Below, one piece after another: positions 61,395 through 64,000 of a stretch of 64,000 bases of DNA. The stretch is taken from contig CAWGYA010000007.1 of NCBI GenBank assembly GCA_963826715.1, forward strand, positions 211,445-275,444, read 5' to 3'. Below the pieces are notes generated by a model. The model was not told the DNA's origin. It ran no database searches and saw only the letters and a list, made by a program, of their open reading frames with translations. The DNA is from Candidatus Bathyarchaeota archaeon (GTDB lineage: Archaea > Thermoproteota > Bathyarchaeia > Bathyarchaeales > Bathycorpusculaceae). The translations under genes and the position numbers were made by a program. Every line of letters begins with the position of its first letter. Position 1 is the first letter of the stretch.

Positions 61395-63541
61395 ATGTTT
61401 AAAAAAATCCTGACCGCAGCAACCATATTTTCAGTGGTAGTGTCCGTTACAATGATGGTAAACTTAACTACTTTCGCAACAACAACTAAACCTATAGAAT
61501 TAAAAATCTATGTTAGCCCAAGTAGCATACTCGCAGATAACAACACATACACCTGCATCTTTGTCCAATTATTAAATGCTGATGGAAATCCTGCCCGAGC
61601 AGAACAAGATACAATCATTGACCTATCATCTAGCGCTCAAGGCATAGGAATCGTAGACCTAACAACAACAATTCCCAAAAACTTCACATATGGGTCAGCC
61701 AACTTCACCTCAACCTATTTACCCGGCACAACAACCATCACCGCCACAGCTCCAAACTACTCCACTGTAACTTCAACTCTAACAACAATCGGACCTTACC
61801 CTTACCAAACAACTGTCTATGGGTTTCCCTCTGTTCTTCCGGCTGATGGGGGAACATATGATGCAGTAATGGTTCAATTACAAGATTCTAACGGTTTGCC
61901 TGCTGGGGCACCAAACGATGTTCAAGTATCGCTCTTCTGCTCAGACAATTCAGTTGGGTCGGTTACCCCGTCAATTACAATTCTTCAGGGTCAAACTTTC
62001 GCAATCGCTACTTTCAATACGACCACAATGCCAGGGATTGCTAACATCACCGCGGTAGGTCATGGCTATGCTTCAACTCAGCAAACATTTAATACAACAA
62101 CTACAACCTTCCCAGTAAAACTTGCTATTTTTGAAGGTCCCCCACAAGTCCTTGCTGATAACAATGTATACAGGCAAATTGCCGTTGAGTTACAGGATTC
62201 TTCAGGTCTATCAGCGACCCGATTTTCAGATACCTTAGTTACAGTAGCTTCTTCTGATAATACTATAGCTACAACAGATAATGAAATAACAATTCCAGCG
62301 GGTTCCACATATGCTGTGGTCGCTATCATATCTACTTATAAGGCAGGCGAAGTAACCATAACGGCCGCAACAAACGGTTTGGCAATGACCGTGAGACTTT
62401 GACTACTGTTGGTTATACTCCATCAAAATTGGCGGTTTTCTGTGCTCCGTCTAATTTACCCACAATAACTCGGCTTACTCCGCTATTCAGGTCAGCTTCA
62501 AGATGCCCAGGGAAGACCTGCGAGAAATCCTGATTCAGGTACCATTTTGAAGTTATTCTCTTCAAATTTAATTGTGGGGGATATAATCTCACCCATAACG
62601 ATACCGCTAGGACAAACCCAGGCAACAAGCAACTTCACTTTAACCAATACCCCTGAAAAAACTACGATCACTGCTATATCCTCAAACTATACAACAGGTC
62701 AAACTGACATGACAACATTCTTTATCGATTACCGCCCAATGCAGACTACTGTAACAGTCCATCCAGACCTCGTCACTGGTGGAAACAGCCTGCAAGTTTC
62801 AGCCTATGTTACAGGAGAAGACACCCACTTGACGGGTGCAAGTGTAATATTCACCTCAGTATCGGCGGAACCTTCTCAGAAGTACAACAAGGAAACGGAT
62901 ACTATAACACCACATTCCGAGTCCAAATCTTTTTCAAGAAGCAATTTGCACAATTACGGTGTATGCATCAAAAACTGAATGGTTAGACTGCGTTGGAACA
63001 TCACAAATAACTGTTTTACCCGTAGTCATTCCAACAACTAATCCCACTGAAACTCCTGTTTCAACGATAACACCGACGCCTTCTCCGTCTCCACAGTCGA
63101 ACATCTTCCCCGACTTCTTCTACGGTTAATCCAAGTTCAACCGGAACTGAAATGGCAATCCTTCAGTTATGGGTTAAAAATAGTGACGGTATGTCTTTAA
63201 GTGGAATAAATGTACAATCAACATCGCAGCCAGAGGACTACCGGCATTATCCGCTAAGACGAACTCAACCGGATTCGTTACTTTCCAGAAGTGTCAGTGG
63301 GATCTTATACTTTCCAAATAAGTAGCGAAGGATACGAAAAAGTAAACCAAACATTCGAAGCTACAAACAAACAATTGACACATACAATTTTTCTAAACAA
63401 CGATAACTCTGAAAGTGCAGAACAAAACAGCGCCGCATCGCCTTTTCTATTCCAGCTGTAGTGGCGATAATCATTGTTGTGTCCGTGGTTAGTATTGTGC
63501 TTTTCGTTAGGCGTCGTTGGAGCATAAGACTCTCCCTTTGA
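61395..63541 (+). pseudogene. Cell-surface protein with Ig/invasin-like repeats, frameshifted as assembled
   Basis: Signal peptide; repeats P-x-x-L-x-AD..VQLQD..G.PA continue in another frame after 62400; P/T linker; C-terminal TM plus RRR ending at 63541. Confidence 0.7.
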
Positions 63542-63760
63542 TTTTTGTCCAATAAGTAGATCAACAGAATTGTAGTTGGTATGGTTGTATTTGATTGCCT
63601 TACAGTTGCTAAATTGATTTAATGAGTTTTTATGGAAAATCAATCACTTTTAAATTCCTTAAGGTAAATGCTTCTTACTTTTTCTGTTTGTTAAGTTCGA
63701 GAATTTTTTGGTAATAGCTTAGTAAGGTTGTTAGTTTTCTTAATATTGCCTTTTGGGGTA

Positions 63761-63840
63761 GTTGTATTTTTGTTTGAACAGGTTTACCTGACATTTAGTG
63801 AGACATAATCCCTAATAGTTGTATTCTGTGAAAATATGTA
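63761..63840 (+). repeat. Diverged ~80-bp intergenic repeat, copy 2
   Basis: See copy 1. Confidence 0.6.
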
Positions 63841-64000
63841 GGCTGAAAATGCGAATCCCTCCTATCAAAGAATCTCTCAAACAATCAATCCAGAGATCAT
63901 CCGCCAAATTAGCCCAAACTCTTACAAACATGAAAAATATCAATAACAAAAATTTATTCCAAAAAAAACCGAAAGAAAAAATCAAAAAATCTTTAAAAAA

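Noticed and set aside
1-64000. CRISPR array, rRNA, IS/transposase
   Set aside because: No regularly spaced repeats, rRNA-like sequence or transposase motifs seen

Overview
Archaeal chromosomal segment, most consistent with Bathyarchaeia. This is inferred from archaeosine tgtA, class I cca, PAC2, SmAP3, a presenilin homologue, paralogous ~850-aa membrane-anchored PQQ-like beta-propeller proteins and frequent TTG/GTG starts. Most of the window is intact housekeeping/metabolic genes: nfnAB, ileS, 2-oxoacid:ferredoxin oxidoreductase, nrdR-nrdD-nrdG, two amt, lysC-like, uppP, cca/thpR, class II HMG-CoA reductase, tRNA-Ser(GCT) and tRNA-Ala(CGC). A decayed integrative island (~15.4-20.9 kb) sits at tRNA-Ser, and a frameshift-rich stretch runs from 60.4 to 63.5 kb. 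The best candidate for an undescribed system is at 1.2-4.1 kb: a short ModE-type regulator, a perfect inverted-repeat operator candidate, an ECF S-component with a CCxxCC motif, two membrane-anchored sulfite-oxidase-fold proteins lacking the Mo-ligating Cys, and mobB. Together these suggest a Mo/W-pterin cofactor (or metal) scavenging system. Other notable items: a tandem-fused bacterioferritin, a GNAT/unknown/HExxH operon, an integrase frame running through the tRNA with altered catalytic residues, archaeal NrdR with a candidate box, and alternating beta-propeller/Amt genes without glnK. All calls come from motif recognition by eye; no searches were run.
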